Assembly (NCBI GenBank): GCA_035487855.1
Contig: DATHLT010000005.1
Coordinates: 3,338 to 67,337 of the forward strand
Direction of reading: 5' to 3'
DNA length: 64,000 nt
DNA from: Solirubrobacteraceae bacterium
GTDB taxonomy: Bacteria > Actinomycetota > Thermoleophilia > Solirubrobacterales > Solirubrobacteraceae
The notes under the pieces were generated by a model, which did not search any database, was not told the origin of the DNA, and saw nothing but the letters and a program-made list of their open reading frames with translations. The stretch's first letter is position 1; every line of letters begins with the position of its first letter. The position numbers and the translations under genes were made by a program. Below, piece after piece: positions 29,926 through 39,991 of this stretch.

Positions 29926-31013
29926 AGTAGGCCTCTCGTCTCGGGGAGGCCGAACATCAAGTTGAGGTTCTGCACCGCCTGCGATGAGGTCCCCTTCCAA
30001 AGGTTGTCGATCGCGCCAAAGGCGATCACCTTGCCGGTGTGACTGTCCGCGGCGGCATACACCCGGCAGTAGTTCGTCTCGCGGACCTCCAACACCCCCG
30101 GAGGACCGTCGAGTAGTAACTCCACGAACGGCTCTGATTGGTAGGTCTCTGTGTACATGCGCCGCAGCTCATCGTTGGTGACGGGACGGGTGGTGGTGAC
30201 GTAGCAGCTAGCCATCTCGCCCTGGTCGAGTGGAACGAGGTGTGCCTGGAACTGGACCTTCAGCTCGTTCGCCGTGCCGGCGGGTGCTCCTGCCGCGGCG
30301 GCTGAGCTGATCAAAAGCGCCAGCTGCTCCTCGATCTCGGGGGTATGCCGGTGGGCGGCCACCTTGTACGGGACGATGTTCTCGCCGGCCATCGACAGGT
30401 GGGTACTCTCGTCAAATACTCGCCCTGCGCCCGAGATGCCCTGCTTGGCGTCGATCACCAAGTCGGCGATCAGCCCAGCGCGGGCGAGCGGGGCGAGCGC
30501 TAGCAGCGACGCGGTGGGGTAGCAGCCGGGGTTGGCAACGATCCCCGCGCCAGCGATCTGATCGCGATGCAGCTCTGTCAGCCCGTAGACGGCTTCGCCG
30601 AGCAGATCCGGGCACGGATGCTCGCCGTAGGACTGCTCATACGCCGCTAGCGAGCGGAGGCGGAAGTCGGCGCTGAGGTCGACTACGCGGATGCCCCGCT
30701 CGCGCAACGCCGCCACGGTCGGAGCGGCAGCGGCGTGCGGGTAGGCGACAACGGCCGCGTCGATGCCTTGCAGGCGCTCGACCTCGAGCGCCTCGAACAC
30801 CAACGGCACGCGGTAGCGCGGGTATACCTGCTGCAGTTGCCGGCCAACCTCAGAGCGCCCAGTTACAGCCACCAGCTCGAAATCGGGATGACGCCACAGC
30901 AGGTGCGCCGCGAGCGCGCCGGTGAAGCCGGTGGCGCCGGCGACGATCACCCGCGGTCCGTCCACCGCGCTTGGCTGGACCGCGGCCGCCCCGTGCACGG
31001 TCGGGCTAGCCAC
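29922..31013 (-). CDS. argC: N-acetyl-gamma-glutamyl-phosphate reductase
   Basis: GATGFTG, DLSADFRL, VANPGCYPT, SGAG, IDNLWKG..QAVQNLN. Confidence 0.95.
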   Translation of the reverse strand: MASPTVHGAAAVQPSAVDGPRVIVAGATGFTGALAAHLLWRHPDFELVAVTGRSEVGRQLQQVYPRYRVPLVFEALEVERLQGIDAAVVAYPHAAAAPTVAALRERGIRVVDLSADFRLRSLAAYEQSYGEHPCPDLLGEAVYGLTELHRDQIAGAGIVANPGCYPTASLLALAPLARAGLIADLVIDAKQGISGAGRVFDESTHLSMAGENIVPYKVAAHRHTPEIEEQLALLISSAAAAGAPAGTANELKVQFQAHLVPLDQGEMASCYVTTTRPVTNDELRRMYTETYQSEPFVELLLDGPPGVLEVRETNYCRVYAAADSHTGKVIAFGAIDNLWKGTSSQAVQNLNLMFGLPETRGLL

Positions 31014-33519
31014 GCAGCTCACCGCCCAGCTCAGCGAGCGCCGCCACGATCTTGCCCCGGATGGGCCCGATGTCCTCGTCGGTGAGTGTGCGGTCGAGCA
31101 CACGGAACGACAGCGCGAGGGCGAGCGAACGGCGCCCCTCCCCTACCTGCGCACCGGTGTACACGTCGAACACCTGCACGTCCTCGAGCGTCTTGCCGGC
31201 GGCTGCGCGCACGGTTGCGAGCACCTCTGCCGCCGTGACAGCCTCGGGCAGTATCACTGCGAGATCCTGGCGCAGCGGCGGGAACGGCCCGAACGCGGTG
31301 AACTCGACGATCGGCGAGGTAACGCCTGCGAGCTTGCCGAGGTCGATCGCGAACGCGGCCGCGCGCGGCAGATCCCAGGCGCTGGCCACAAGCGGATGTA
31401 GCTCGCCGATGAAACCGAGACGGACGCTCGCCTCATTCCCGTTCGCACCGGCGAGCGCTGAGCCGTCAGCGGCCACAACCTCCACCGCAGCGCTACGGCC
31501 GGGGTGAAGGAATGACCACGCGGCAGCCCTTACAGACCAGTCCAAGCGGAAGCGCTCGAGCAGCGCCCCGAGCAACCCCTTGGCGGCGAAGAAGTCGGCC
31601 TCGCGACGCTCGCCACGCCACGCCCGCGGCTCCAGGCCACCGCTCAGGAGCACCCCGAGCGCGTGGTGCTCATCGGCTGGAAGATCGCTCGTATGTCCCG
31701 CGACGTGTGCACGGTAGACGGTGCCCGACTCGAAGATCGCCACGTCGGGGTCGTTGCGTGCGATGTTGTGCCTGGCAGCGTCGAGCAGCGACCCGAGCAG
31801 CGTGGGGCGCATGATCGACTGCGTGTCTGAGAGTGGGTTCTCGAGCGCCACCACCCGACGGAGGTCGTGATCGGCTCCGAGCAGCAGCCGGTCGAGCAGC
31901 TCGGGGTCGGTGAAGCTCCAGCCGACGATCTCGTGCAGGCCGCGTCCAACCATCGCGTCCTCAGCCGCGCGCCGCACGCGTTGGGCATGAGAGAGCTTGC
32001 CGGCTGCGCCGCGACGCGCAGGCAGCGTGGCAGGCAATCGCTCGACGCCATCGATCCGCGCAATCTCCTCGATCAGATCGATCTCGCGGGTGACGTCATC
32101 GCGCCTGAGCGCTGGAACGGTCACCGCGAGACCCCCCTCGCGCGGTTCGGTCGCGAAGTCCAGCGCGCCCAGGATCTCAGCCTGTCGCTCGCTCGTGACG
32201 GGAAGGCCGAGGATCGCCTGCACGCGTGCCTCACGCAGACCGATCTGGGCATGCGCGGCGATCGCGTCAGCGGACTTCAGCCCGACGTCGATCGTACCGG
32301 GGGAAACCGTCGCGCCGCACAGATCGATCATCAACTGCGTGGCAACCGCCTGGGCATGCAGGCACTGCTCAGGCTGCAGTCCCTTCTCAAATCGCGACGA
32401 TGCCTCGCTGCGCAGTGCGAGCACCCACGAGCTGCGGTGGATATTGGGGCCATGCCAGTTGGCGACCTCCATCAACACGCGCTTGGTGTCGGGCGCGACC
32501 TCAGAGCGCGCGCCGCCCATCAGCCCAGCAATCGAGGTGGGGCCGTCGGCGTCCTCGATCACGAGCATCTCCGAGTCAAGCGTGCGGGTCTGGCCATCGA
32601 GTGTCTGCACCTGCTCGCTGTCGTGCGCGCGACGCACGGTCAGCCGTGCGCCGGCGACGCGGTCGAGGTCGAACGCGTGCAGTGGCTGCCCGGTGAGCAA
32701 CATCGCGTAGTTGGTGATGTCGACAACGTTGTTAATGGGGCGCTGCCCGGCGGCTGTGAGTCTCGCCTTCAGCCACGGCGGCGAGGGCGCAATCGTGACG
32801 TTCTCGAACACGCGTGCGGTGAAGCGCGGACACAGCTCGGGAACCTCGAGGATCACCTCTGCGCCTGAAACAAGGCCGACAGAGCCGGGGTCTTCGCTCC
32901 ACGGCGCATCGGCAAGTGGCGCGCCGGTGGCGGCGTGGAGCTCGCGCGCCACGCCGTAAACGCCGAGGCAGTCGGGCCGGTTGGGCGTGATCTCGAGCTC
33001 GAGCACATCAGTGGAGATCGCGAGCACTTCAGCCAGCGGCGTGCCCGGGGCGAGCTCCGCGTCGAGCATCTGGCCGTCGAGGACCATGATGCCTTCCGGG
33101 GCAGGCGGGCCCGAATTAATCTCGAGCTCGGACTCCGAGAGGATCATGCCTTCCGAGACCACGCCGCGGAGCTTTGCCTGCTTTAGCTTCGTGCCATCCG
33201 GCATCACCGCCCCAGGGCGCGCTACCGCGACCGTCTGCCCAGCAGCGACGTTGGGAGCACCGCAGACGATCGTGGCCGGCGTTGCATCGCCGTTCTCGTC
33301 ACTGGCACCGACATCGACCATACACACCTTCAGCCGGTCGGCGTCCGGGTGCTGCTCGGCGCTGAGCACGTGTCCGACGACAAAGCCATCGGTTGCAGGC
33401 ACACCGTGATGGTGAATCGCCTCGACCTTCGTGCCGGTCATCGTCAAGCGCTCCTCGATCGCGTGCACGTCGAGCGGCGGGTCGCAGTATTCGCGCAGCC
33501 AGGGCAGCGGGACCTTCAT
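31006..33519 (-). CDS. pheT: Phenylalanine--tRNA ligase beta subunit
   Basis: HPDADRL, VCGAPNV, ITPNRPDC, RFEKG, DLIEEIARI; C-terminal anticodon-binding domain. Confidence 0.97.
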   Translation of the reverse strand: MKVPLPWLREYCDPPLDVHAIEERLTMTGTKVEAIHHHGVPATDGFVVGHVLSAEQHPDADRLKVCMVDVGASDENGDATPATIVCGAPNVAAGQTVAVARPGAVMPDGTKLKQAKLRGVVSEGMILSESELEINSGPPAPEGIMVLDGQMLDAELAPGTPLAEVLAISTDVLELEITPNRPDCLGVYGVARELHAATGAPLADAPWSEDPGSVGLVSGAEVILEVPELCPRFTARVFENVTIAPSPPWLKARLTAAGQRPINNVVDITNYAMLLTGQPLHAFDLDRVAGARLTVRRAHDSEQVQTLDGQTRTLDSEMLVIEDADGPTSIAGLMGGARSEVAPDTKRVLMEVANWHGPNIHRSSWVLALRSEASSRFEKGLQPEQCLHAQAVATQLMIDLCGATVSPGTIDVGLKSADAIAAHAQIGLREARVQAILGLPVTSERQAEILGALDFATEPREGGLAVTVPALRRDDVTREIDLIEEIARIDGVERLPATLPARRGAAGKLSHAQRVRRAAEDAMVGRGLHEIVGWSFTDPELLDRLLLGADHDLRRVVALENPLSDTQSIMRPTLLGSLLDAARHNIARNDPDVAIFESGTVYRAHVAGHTSDLPADEHHALGVLLSGGLEPRAWRGERREADFFAAKGLLGALLERFRLDWSVRAAAWSFLHPGRSAAVEVVAADGSALAGANGNEASVRLGFIGELHPLVASAWDLPRAAAFAIDLGKLAGVTSPIVEFTAFGPFPPLRQDLAVILPEAVTAAEVLATVRAAAGKTLEDVQVFDVYTGAQVGEGRRSLALALSFRVLDRTLTDEDIGPIRGKIVAALAELGGELRG

Positions 33520-33538
33520 GTCGCCTTCACCTCAGCGC

Positions 33539-34612
33539 TCACGCGAATTGCTCCAGGAATCTCAGATCATTCTCGTAGTAGAGCCGCAGGTCAGGAATAC
33601 CGTGCTTGAGCATGGCGATCCGCTCTACACCCAGTCCCCAAGCAAAGCCCTGAATCTTCTCGGGGTCATAGCCGGGGGCATTGGCGTCGGTGGTCGGCAC
33701 GCATGCGTAGACGTTGGGGTCGACCTCGCCGGCGCCGAGCACCTCGAGCCAACCCTCTCCCTTGCACAGGTAACAGCGCGAGCCGTCCTTGAGGAAGCCC
33801 TTGCCGGAGCAGTGAAAGCAGGAGACGTCCACCTCCACCGAGGGCTCGGTGAAGGGGAAGAAGTGCGGTCGCAGCCTGACGTCTCGCTCATCGCCGAACA
33901 CGGCACGTGCAAACGACAGCAGCGTCCCCTTCAGGTCGGCGAGGGTGATGTCCTCGTCAACGGCGAGGCCCTCGATCTGGTGGAACTGCGGTGTGTGGGT
34001 TGCGTCGAGATCGCGCCGATACACACGACCTGGGATGACCACGTAGAGCGGCGGCGGATGCGCCTCCATCGCCCGCACCTGCATCGGCGAGGTGTGCGTC
34101 CGCAGGACGAGGTCGGTGTCGTCCTCTACGTAGAATGTATCGGTACGCGCCCGCGCGGGATGCGTCGGGCTGTGGTTGAGCGCGTCAAAGTTGTAGTGGA
34201 CGGTCTCGATCTCGGGACCCTCCATGACGGTGAAGCCGAGACCGAGGAAGATGTCTTCAAGCTCGCGGCGGGTCGCGCTGAGTACGTGCAGGCGCCCGAT
34301 CGGCTGCGGCGGCGCGCCTGGCAGCGTGACGTCGATGCGATCGGCGAGCAGTCGTTGTTGGAGCTCGCCGGCGCTCAGCTCATCGGTGCGTGCCTGGATC
34401 TGCGCCTCGAGTGCTTGGCGCGCCTGGTTGGCGGCCTTGCCGACGGCGCCCCGCTGCTCGACTGGTAGCGCGGCGACGCCACGCAGCAATTGCGGCAGCT
34501 CAGCCTTGCGTCCGAGGAAGCGCACGCGCAGCTCCTCGAGCTCGGCGCTCGATCCGACGCCGGCAATCGCGCTCTCGGCCTCGCCTTGTAGCTCTTGGAT
34601 GCGATCGATCAT
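33539..34612 (-). CDS. pheS: Phenylalanine--tRNA ligase alpha subunit
   Basis: LRTHTSP, GRVYRRD, HTPQFHQIEG, FPFTEPS, GLGVERIAML. Confidence 0.97.
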   Translation of the reverse strand: MIDRIQELQGEAESAIAGVGSSAELEELRVRFLGRKAELPQLLRGVAALPVEQRGAVGKAANQARQALEAQIQARTDELSAGELQQRLLADRIDVTLPGAPPQPIGRLHVLSATRRELEDIFLGLGFTVMEGPEIETVHYNFDALNHSPTHPARARTDTFYVEDDTDLVLRTHTSPMQVRAMEAHPPPLYVVIPGRVYRRDLDATHTPQFHQIEGLAVDEDITLADLKGTLLSFARAVFGDERDVRLRPHFFPFTEPSVEVDVSCFHCSGKGFLKDGSRCYLCKGEGWLEVLGAGEVDPNVYACVPTTDANAPGYDPEKIQGFAWGLGVERIAMLKHGIPDLRLYYENDLRFLEQFA

Positions 34613-35403
34613 GACGCGGGGACCGTATCGTGGTGGCGCCCACCCTGGCAGGTCATCTCGTAAAGCGCCACTGTGGCAGCCATGGCGGCGTTCAGCGAAT
34701 CGGAGGCAATCGGGATGCGGACGACACGATCGCAGGCAGCGGTGACGGTGTCGGGCAAGCCCTCACGCTCAGCGCCGATCAAGAGGGTGATTGAGACTCT
34801 GCTCGTGCTATCTGCTGCGTCGGGCTCACTTGTGGCGGTGGCTGCTTGACCGTCATCGAATGGGCCACGCAAGGTTTCCTCAGCGTCGACGGCGAGTGCG
34901 ATGAGCTCTCCCGGGAGCTGAGCCAGGTCACTTACGCGGGCAAGCTTGGCGGTAAAGATCGCGCCCATGCTTGCGCGTACCGCCTTTGGACTGTGGGGGT
35001 CTGCGCAGCCGGGACCAAGCGCGACGCACGAGGCACCGAATGCTTGGGCGGAGCGCAGCACGGTGCCGACGTTGCCCGGGTCACCAACGCGGTGTAGGTA
35101 TACGCACAGCGGCCCGGCCGCGGGAGCCCAGCGCTGCTCGTAGACAGCGAGCACGCGGGTGCTAGAGCCGAGCGCAGACACGCTCGCCAGCGCCGAGCGC
35201 TCGACGTCGTGAAAGCTCTCATCACCCAGGCCGCAGCCGGCGAGCCTGTAGCCCTCGAGCACGGGGCGTCCGGCGCGCTGCGCGGCGGCGATCAGGTCCT
35301 CGCCTTCGGCCAGAAAGGTGGCGCTGCGGGCACGCTCGCGCTTGGTGTGCAGGCGGCGCACGGCCTTCAGTCGTGGGTTTTGAGGGGATTCGATCTGACT
35401 CAT
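34609..35403 (-). CDS. TrmH/TsnR-family SPOUT RNA methyltransferase
   Basis: DPGNVGTVLRSAQAFG, KAVRASMGA, GAEREG, SLNAAMAA; typical position upstream of pheS. Confidence 0.9.
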   Translation of the reverse strand: MSQIESPQNPRLKAVRRLHTKRERARSATFLAEGEDLIAAAQRAGRPVLEGYRLAGCGLGDESFHDVERSALASVSALGSSTRVLAVYEQRWAPAAGPLCVYLHRVGDPGNVGTVLRSAQAFGASCVALGPGCADPHSPKAVRASMGAIFTAKLARVSDLAQLPGELIALAVDAEETLRGPFDDGQAATATSEPDAADSTSRVSITLLIGAEREGLPDTVTAACDRVVRIPIASDSLNAAMAATVALYEMTCQGGRHHDTVPAS

Positions 35404-35471
35404 GCGCTTGGGTGATAGGTGTTGGGTTGCTGTTATTCGCTGCTGTTTGCGTAGTAGTTCGTTGGGGCAAC

Positions 35472-35505
35472 AAAAAGGGCGCCGTCCTTTTCAGGAGCGA
35501 CGCCC
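35472..35505 (-). terminator. Intrinsic terminator after rplT
   Basis: Sense GGGCGTCGCTCCT-GAAA-AGGACGGCGCCC followed by TTTTT. Confidence 0.8.
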
Positions 35506-35548
35506 GGGAGGCTGTCTGTCGTTTGCCGGGTCCCCGGCGCTTGCGGGG

Positions 35549-35908
35549 TCAGGCAGCCGACGCCTCGCGGGCGACCTCGGCAAAACGTCGGAACGCCTCT
35601 GCGTCGCGCACGGCGATGTCAGCGAGCACCTTGCGGTCGAGCTCGACACCGGCGAGTGATAGGCCGTGCATGAACTGCGAATAGCTCATGCCGTTGAGCC
35701 GTGCGGCCGCGTTGATGCGGGTGATCCACAGCTTGCGGAAGTCACGCTTGCGGTTGCGCCGGTCGCGATAGGCGTATTTGTCAGCCTTCAGCAGCGCCTC
35801 CTTGGCACGCCTGTAGTTCGAGTGCGCCTCGCCGCGGAAGCCCTTGGTCTGCTCGAGAACTGCGCGGCGCTTCTTGCGCGCGTTGACGGAGCGCTTGACC
35901 CTGGTCAC
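35549..35908 (-). CDS. rplT: 50S ribosomal protein L20
   Basis: [42 protein letters not shown]. Confidence 0.98.
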   Translation of the reverse strand: MTRVKRSVNARKKRRAVLEQTKGFRGEAHSNYRRAKEALLKADKYAYRDRRNRKRDFRKLWITRINAAARLNGMSYSQFMHGLSLAGVELDRKVLADIAVRDAEAFRRFAEVAREASAA

Positions 35909-36105
35909 TTGCCCACCCCCAACATGCGCTTGACCCGTGGCACGTCATCCTGATGCAGGATCTTCGGGCCGCCGAGGGCGCGCTTCTTTTTGGGCGACTT
36001 CTTCTCGAGGATGTGGCTCGTGAAGGGGTGGCGTCCGCGCACCTTGCCGGTGCCGGTGACTTTGAAGCGCTTCTTCGCGCCGGAGTGTGTCTTCATCTTG
36101 GGCAT
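35905..36105 (-). CDS. rpmI: 50S ribosomal protein L35
   Basis: [21 protein letters not shown]...HILEKK. Confidence 0.98.
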   Translation of the reverse strand: MPKMKTHSGAKKRFKVTGTGKVRGRHPFTSHILEKKSPKKKRALGGPKILHQDDVPRVKRMLGVGK

Positions 36106-36118
36106 AGGATCAAAGATC

Positions 36119-36161
36119 GAGGGACCCGGCTGGTCGACCTACGGTCGCCTGCGCCACCCTC
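36119..36161 (-). repeat. 43-nt hairpin element, copy 2 (rpmI 5' leader)
   Basis: Sense GAGGGTGGCGCAGGCGACC-GTA-GGTCGACCAGCCGGGTCCCTC; 36/43 identical to 3289-3331. Confidence 0.8.
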
Positions 36162-36172
36162 AAGGCACAGGA

Positions 36173-37012
36173 TTATGACACGGTGCTGCCCGCGGCCGCA
36201 GTTCCGCTGTTGCCGGCGGGTTCATCGACGGTCTCAGAGAGCTCTGGGGCGGCAGCTGTAAGCGACGGCTCGGCGTCCTCGACGGCGCCGGTATCAGCTG
36301 TCGGCTCGCCTGCCGGCGCGGCCTCAGTGGCGCTCGTGTCGCTAGCGACTGGAGTCTGGATCGCGGTGGAGGCGACGTCGCCAACGTGCGGGGCGTCGTG
36401 TGCGGCGGGTGCGGTGGACTCGCCGTCTGAGCCCTCGCCTGCAGCATCGACGCGGCCGGTGAGAACGGCTTTGGAGGGCGCCATCATCATCGTCATGTTG
36501 CGCCCTTCCTGCATGGGGCGCTGCTCGACGACGCCGATCTCAGAGAGTTCCTCTGCGAGCCGGTCGAGGATCGCGGTGCCGCGCTCGGGGTGGGTGACCT
36601 CACGGCCGCGGAACATGATCGTGACCTTGACCTTGTCCTTGTGCTTGAGGAAGCGCTCGACGTGGTGCTTCTTGGTGTCGTAGTCGTGCTCGGCGATCTT
36701 GGGGCGGAACTTGATCTCGCGGACGGTGATCTGCTGCTGGTGCTTACGTGCCTGCTTGATCTTCTGCGCCTGCTCGTACTTGTACTTGGAGTAGTCGAGC
36801 ACGCGGCATACCGGCGGACGCGCCTCGGGCGCAACCTCGACCAGGTCGAGATCGCGTTCTTGAGCGAAGACGAGGGCGTCGGCGGTCTTCAGCACGCCGA
36901 CCTGCTGTCCCTGGTCGTCGATCAGACGCACCTCGGGGACGCGAATACGCTCGTTAATCCTGGTCGTGTCCCGCTCAGGCGGGCGCCGGTCGAAGCGGCG
37001 AGGAACCGGCAC
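36173..37012 (-). CDS. infC: Translation initiation factor IF-3 with long acidic low-complexity C-tail
   Basis: RINERIRVPEVRLI, LDLVEVAP, VCRVLDYSKYKY, EIKFRPKI, FRGRE. Confidence 0.97.
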   Translation of the reverse strand: MPVPRRFDRRPPERDTTRINERIRVPEVRLIDDQGQQVGVLKTADALVFAQERDLDLVEVAPEARPPVCRVLDYSKYKYEQAQKIKQARKHQQQITVREIKFRPKIAEHDYDTKKHHVERFLKHKDKVKVTIMFRGREVTHPERGTAILDRLAEELSEIGVVEQRPMQEGRNMTMMMAPSKAVLTGRVDAAGEGSDGESTAPAAHDAPHVGDVASTAIQTPVASDTSATEAAPAGEPTADTGAVEDAEPSLTAAAPELSETVDEPAGNSGTAAAGSTVS

Positions 37013-37086
37013 TAGCTGTAGTGACCGCGCGTCAAGCGAACGTCACGCTTGGCGTTCTGGGATTTGCCGGGCTTCAATGAAGTGGA

Positions 37087-39051
37087 TTATAGCTCGCCGG
37101 TCAGCCGTCTCGCGAATTCCGCGATCGACTGACTCCCGATGTTCCCGCCGCCGTGCTGACGTACGGCGACCGCTCCCTCTCCCTGCTCGCGATCTCCAAC
37201 CACGAGCATGTAGGGGATCTTGCGCAGCTCCGCGTCGCGAATCTTACGGCCGATCGACTCGCTGCGACCGTCCAGCTCGACGCGAAAATCCTCCGTGCGT
37301 AGCGTGTCTCTGACCGAGCCGGCGTAATCGTTGAAGCGATCTGAGACAGGCAGCACGATCGCCTGCACGGGCGCCAGCCACAGTGGCAACTCACCGGCGT
37401 AGTGCTCGATCATGATCCCGATGAAGCGCTCGTAAGAGCCAAACAGCGCACGGTGGATCATCACCGGCATGTGCTCCTGGTTATCGGCGCCGGTGTAGCT
37501 GAGCTCGAAGCGCGCAGGCATCGAGTAGTCCAGCTGCACAGTCCCTAGCTGCCAAGAGCGCCCGAGCGAATCGGTCATGTGCATGTCAATCTTGGGGCCG
37601 TAGAAGGCGCCGTCGCCGGGGTTCAGGTCGTACTCGAGGCCGAGTTCGGCGAGCGTGTGCATCAGCTTCTGCTCGGCGCGGTCCCACATCTCATCAGTTC
37701 CCACCCGCTGCTCGGGACGAGTGGAGAGCTCGAGCTTCACATCGAGGTCGAACAGCTTGTAGGTGTCGAAGGCCATCTCCAAGCAGCCCTTGACCTCTTC
37801 CCGAACTTGCTCCTCGGTGCAGAAGATATGCGCGTCGTCTTGCGCGAAGTGCCTGACACGCAGGAGCCCGTGCAAGACGCCAGAGGCCTCGTTGCGGTGC
37901 AGCAGGCCGGGCTCGAAATAGCGAACGGGCAGGTCGCGGTAGGAATGGCGGCTCGAGCCGAACAGGTGGGCGTGGCCGGGACAGTTCATGGGCTTCACGC
38001 CCATCTCGCGGTCCTCGACGTGCACGGTGAACATGTTCTCCCGGTACTTGCCCCAGTGGCCGGAGGTCTTCCACAGCTCCGCGTCGTAGATCTGCGGGGT
38101 CTTAACCTCGCTGTAGCCGTGCTCGACCCCCATCCGACGCGACAGGCCAACTAGCGAGTTGAACACGCTAGTACCGGCGCCCGTCCAGAAGGCGGCACCA
38201 GGCGAGACCTCCGAGAACGTGAACAGCCCGAGCTCGCGCCCGAGCTTGCGGTGGTCGCGTGCCTTGGCCTGCTCGATGCGCTCGAGGTGCTGCTCGAGCT
38301 CGACATTCGAGAAGAACGCGGTGCCGTAGATGCGAGTGAGCATCGTGCGGGTCGAGTCACCGCGCCAGTAGGCACCGGCTACGGAGTTCAACTTGAAGGC
38401 GGCGACCGTCTTGGTGCTGGGCGCGTGCGGCCCGCGGCAGAGGTCGGTGAAGGGGCCGTTTGTGTAGAGCGAGACGGTCTCGAGCGCCTGGCGGTGTTGG
38501 CTGTGCTCGGCCGCGGTAACGAGATCGTCGATCAGCTCGACCTTGTAATCCTGGCGCTCGGCGAGGAAACGCTCGCGCGCCCGCGCAACGGGCACCTCTT
38601 CACGCTCAAAGGGCTCAGCGGCCTTGATGTGCACACGCATACGCTCTTCGATCTGCGGGAAGTCCGCCTCGGAGATGGCCACTCCTTCGGGGAACTCGAA
38701 GTCGTAGTAGAAGCCCTCGGCGATCGGTGGGCCGATCGAGATCTTCACTCCTGGGTAGAGCTCCATCACAGCCGCCGCCAGCACATGCGCGGCGTCGTGG
38801 CGAATCAGCTCGAGCGCCTTCGACTCGTCGTTCTTGGTGACGATTGCGAGCTGCACTCCGTCTGGGAGTGGCCGAGACAGGTCGCGTATCTGCGGACCGT
38901 CGCCGTTGTCGTAGCCGCCACCGCCCGCAAGCTCGACTGCCAGCGCGGCGCGTGCGAGACCCGGCCCGATCGCGGCGGCGGCGTCGGCGCCGGTAGCGCC
39001 GTCGGGCAGCGCGAGCTGCTTTCCGTCCGGGAGTGTGACCGTCACTGACAT
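37087..39051 (-). CDS. thrS: Threonine--tRNA ligase
   Basis: TGS domain, RHDAAH, DLCRGPH, RDHRKLG, KPMNCPGH, GAFYGPKID, IHRALFGSYERF. Confidence 0.98.
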   Translation of the reverse strand: MSVTVTLPDGKQLALPDGATGADAAAAIGPGLARAALAVELAGGGGYDNGDGPQIRDLSRPLPDGVQLAIVTKNDESKALELIRHDAAHVLAAAVMELYPGVKISIGPPIAEGFYYDFEFPEGVAISEADFPQIEERMRVHIKAAEPFEREEVPVARARERFLAERQDYKVELIDDLVTAAEHSQHRQALETVSLYTNGPFTDLCRGPHAPSTKTVAAFKLNSVAGAYWRGDSTRTMLTRIYGTAFFSNVELEQHLERIEQAKARDHRKLGRELGLFTFSEVSPGAAFWTGAGTSVFNSLVGLSRRMGVEHGYSEVKTPQIYDAELWKTSGHWGKYRENMFTVHVEDREMGVKPMNCPGHAHLFGSSRHSYRDLPVRYFEPGLLHRNEASGVLHGLLRVRHFAQDDAHIFCTEEQVREEVKGCLEMAFDTYKLFDLDVKLELSTRPEQRVGTDEMWDRAEQKLMHTLAELGLEYDLNPGDGAFYGPKIDMHMTDSLGRSWQLGTVQLDYSMPARFELSYTGADNQEHMPVMIHRALFGSYERFIGIMIEHYAGELPLWLAPVQAIVLPVSDRFNDYAGSVRDTLRTEDFRVELDGRSESIGRKIRDAELRKIPYMLVVGDREQGEGAVAVRQHGGGNIGSQSIAEFARRLTGEL

Positions 39052-39102
39052 GTTGCCTTGCAGGCTACCCGGAGCTGGCGAGACTTTTTCGGGCGCCGCG
39101 CT

Positions 39103-39981
39103 TCAGAGCAGATGCCACAGCGCGTCGTCGGCCAAGGCCTCGCGCTTGACTGCGCCTTCGCCGACCAGCTCGATCAGCGCGCGCTCGGCGGCGTCGCGGT
39201 CAGGAAGCTGGTTGTTTTGGGCGAGGATGGCGGCGATCTCGGCGGTCACGAGCCCATCGGGGAAGCCGCGCAAGGCGTCGATCGCCTGGTCGGGCGGCGC
39301 TTGGCGCTCGAGCATCGGGTCGAGGTTAGCGATCACCACGTCGTAAGCCTCGATCGTCTGAAAGCCGCCGGCCTCCAGACGCAACCCGGCCTCGTTGTGA
39401 AAGACGAGCGATGGCGCTGAGTAGCGCACGGGGCCGTCGGTCTGGCGTGCCTTGCCCTGGAACTCGGTTGGCCCCCCTTCCGCGCTGCGGGTCTGCTGCT
39501 TGTCGTCCTCGTATGCCGCGAGCGTGTCTGGAGCGTCGATGGCAGCGAGCACCCCGTCGAGGTCCAACCCACCTATGCGTGTGAGCGCCTGTGCGATGTC
39601 GGCATCCTCGTCGAGCAACAGCGGTGTGGTGAACCAGGCGAGCTGTAGCGCGCGCAGCACCTCGTCCTCGCGCCCCGGGTAGCGCAGTCGCGTGGCGACG
39701 ATCGCACGACAGGCGCGCGAGGTGGCGGTAACGCGAGCCCGCGGCTCCATCAACAGCGGCATACCGAAGCGTTTGAAGTAGCTCTGCTGGCCAAGCGTGG
39801 AGCGAGTGGGCGTGTAGCCGGAGTCTATGTAGCGCTGGGGATCCTCGGCGAGCCCGATCGTGACCAGGTGCCAGTCGAGCTGATCGCGGTAGCGCCAGCG
39901 CAGCACTGCGAGCGCGGGGCTCGCGGAATAAGCAAACGGACAGCCGGGGTCGGTGAAGTGCGTGACGGTGATCTTGCTCAT
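39103..39981 (-). CDS. DsbA/FrnE-like thioredoxin-fold protein (single-Cys CPFA motif)
   Basis: N-terminal HFTDPGCPFAY; cis-Pro-like YSAPS; C-terminal winged-helix-like extension. Confidence 0.7.
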   Translation of the reverse strand: MSKITVTHFTDPGCPFAYSASPALAVLRWRYRDQLDWHLVTIGLAEDPQRYIDSGYTPTRSTLGQQSYFKRFGMPLLMEPRARVTATSRACRAIVATRLRYPGREDEVLRALQLAWFTTPLLLDEDADIAQALTRIGGLDLDGVLAAIDAPDTLAAYEDDKQQTRSAEGGPTEFQGKARQTDGPVRYSAPSLVFHNEAGLRLEAGGFQTIEAYDVVIANLDPMLERQAPPDQAIDALRGFPDGLVTAEIAAILAQNNQLPDRDAAERALIELVGEGAVKREALADDALWHLL

Positions 39982-39991
39982 AGGACAATGA

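Noticed and set aside
33750-33830. CxxCxGxG...CxxC motif in PheS as a novelty
   Set aside because: A zinc-binding insertion at this position is known in many bacterial PheS proteins.
35404-35470. A/C-rich low-complexity tract between the rplT terminator and the TrmH gene
   Set aside because: No periodic repeat or credible ORF; probably an unstructured spacer.
37013-37086. Firmicutes-type L20 leader upstream of infC
   Set aside because: Only CCACTTC and short hairpins are present; the complementary GAAGTGG arm and terminator are absent on the sense strand.
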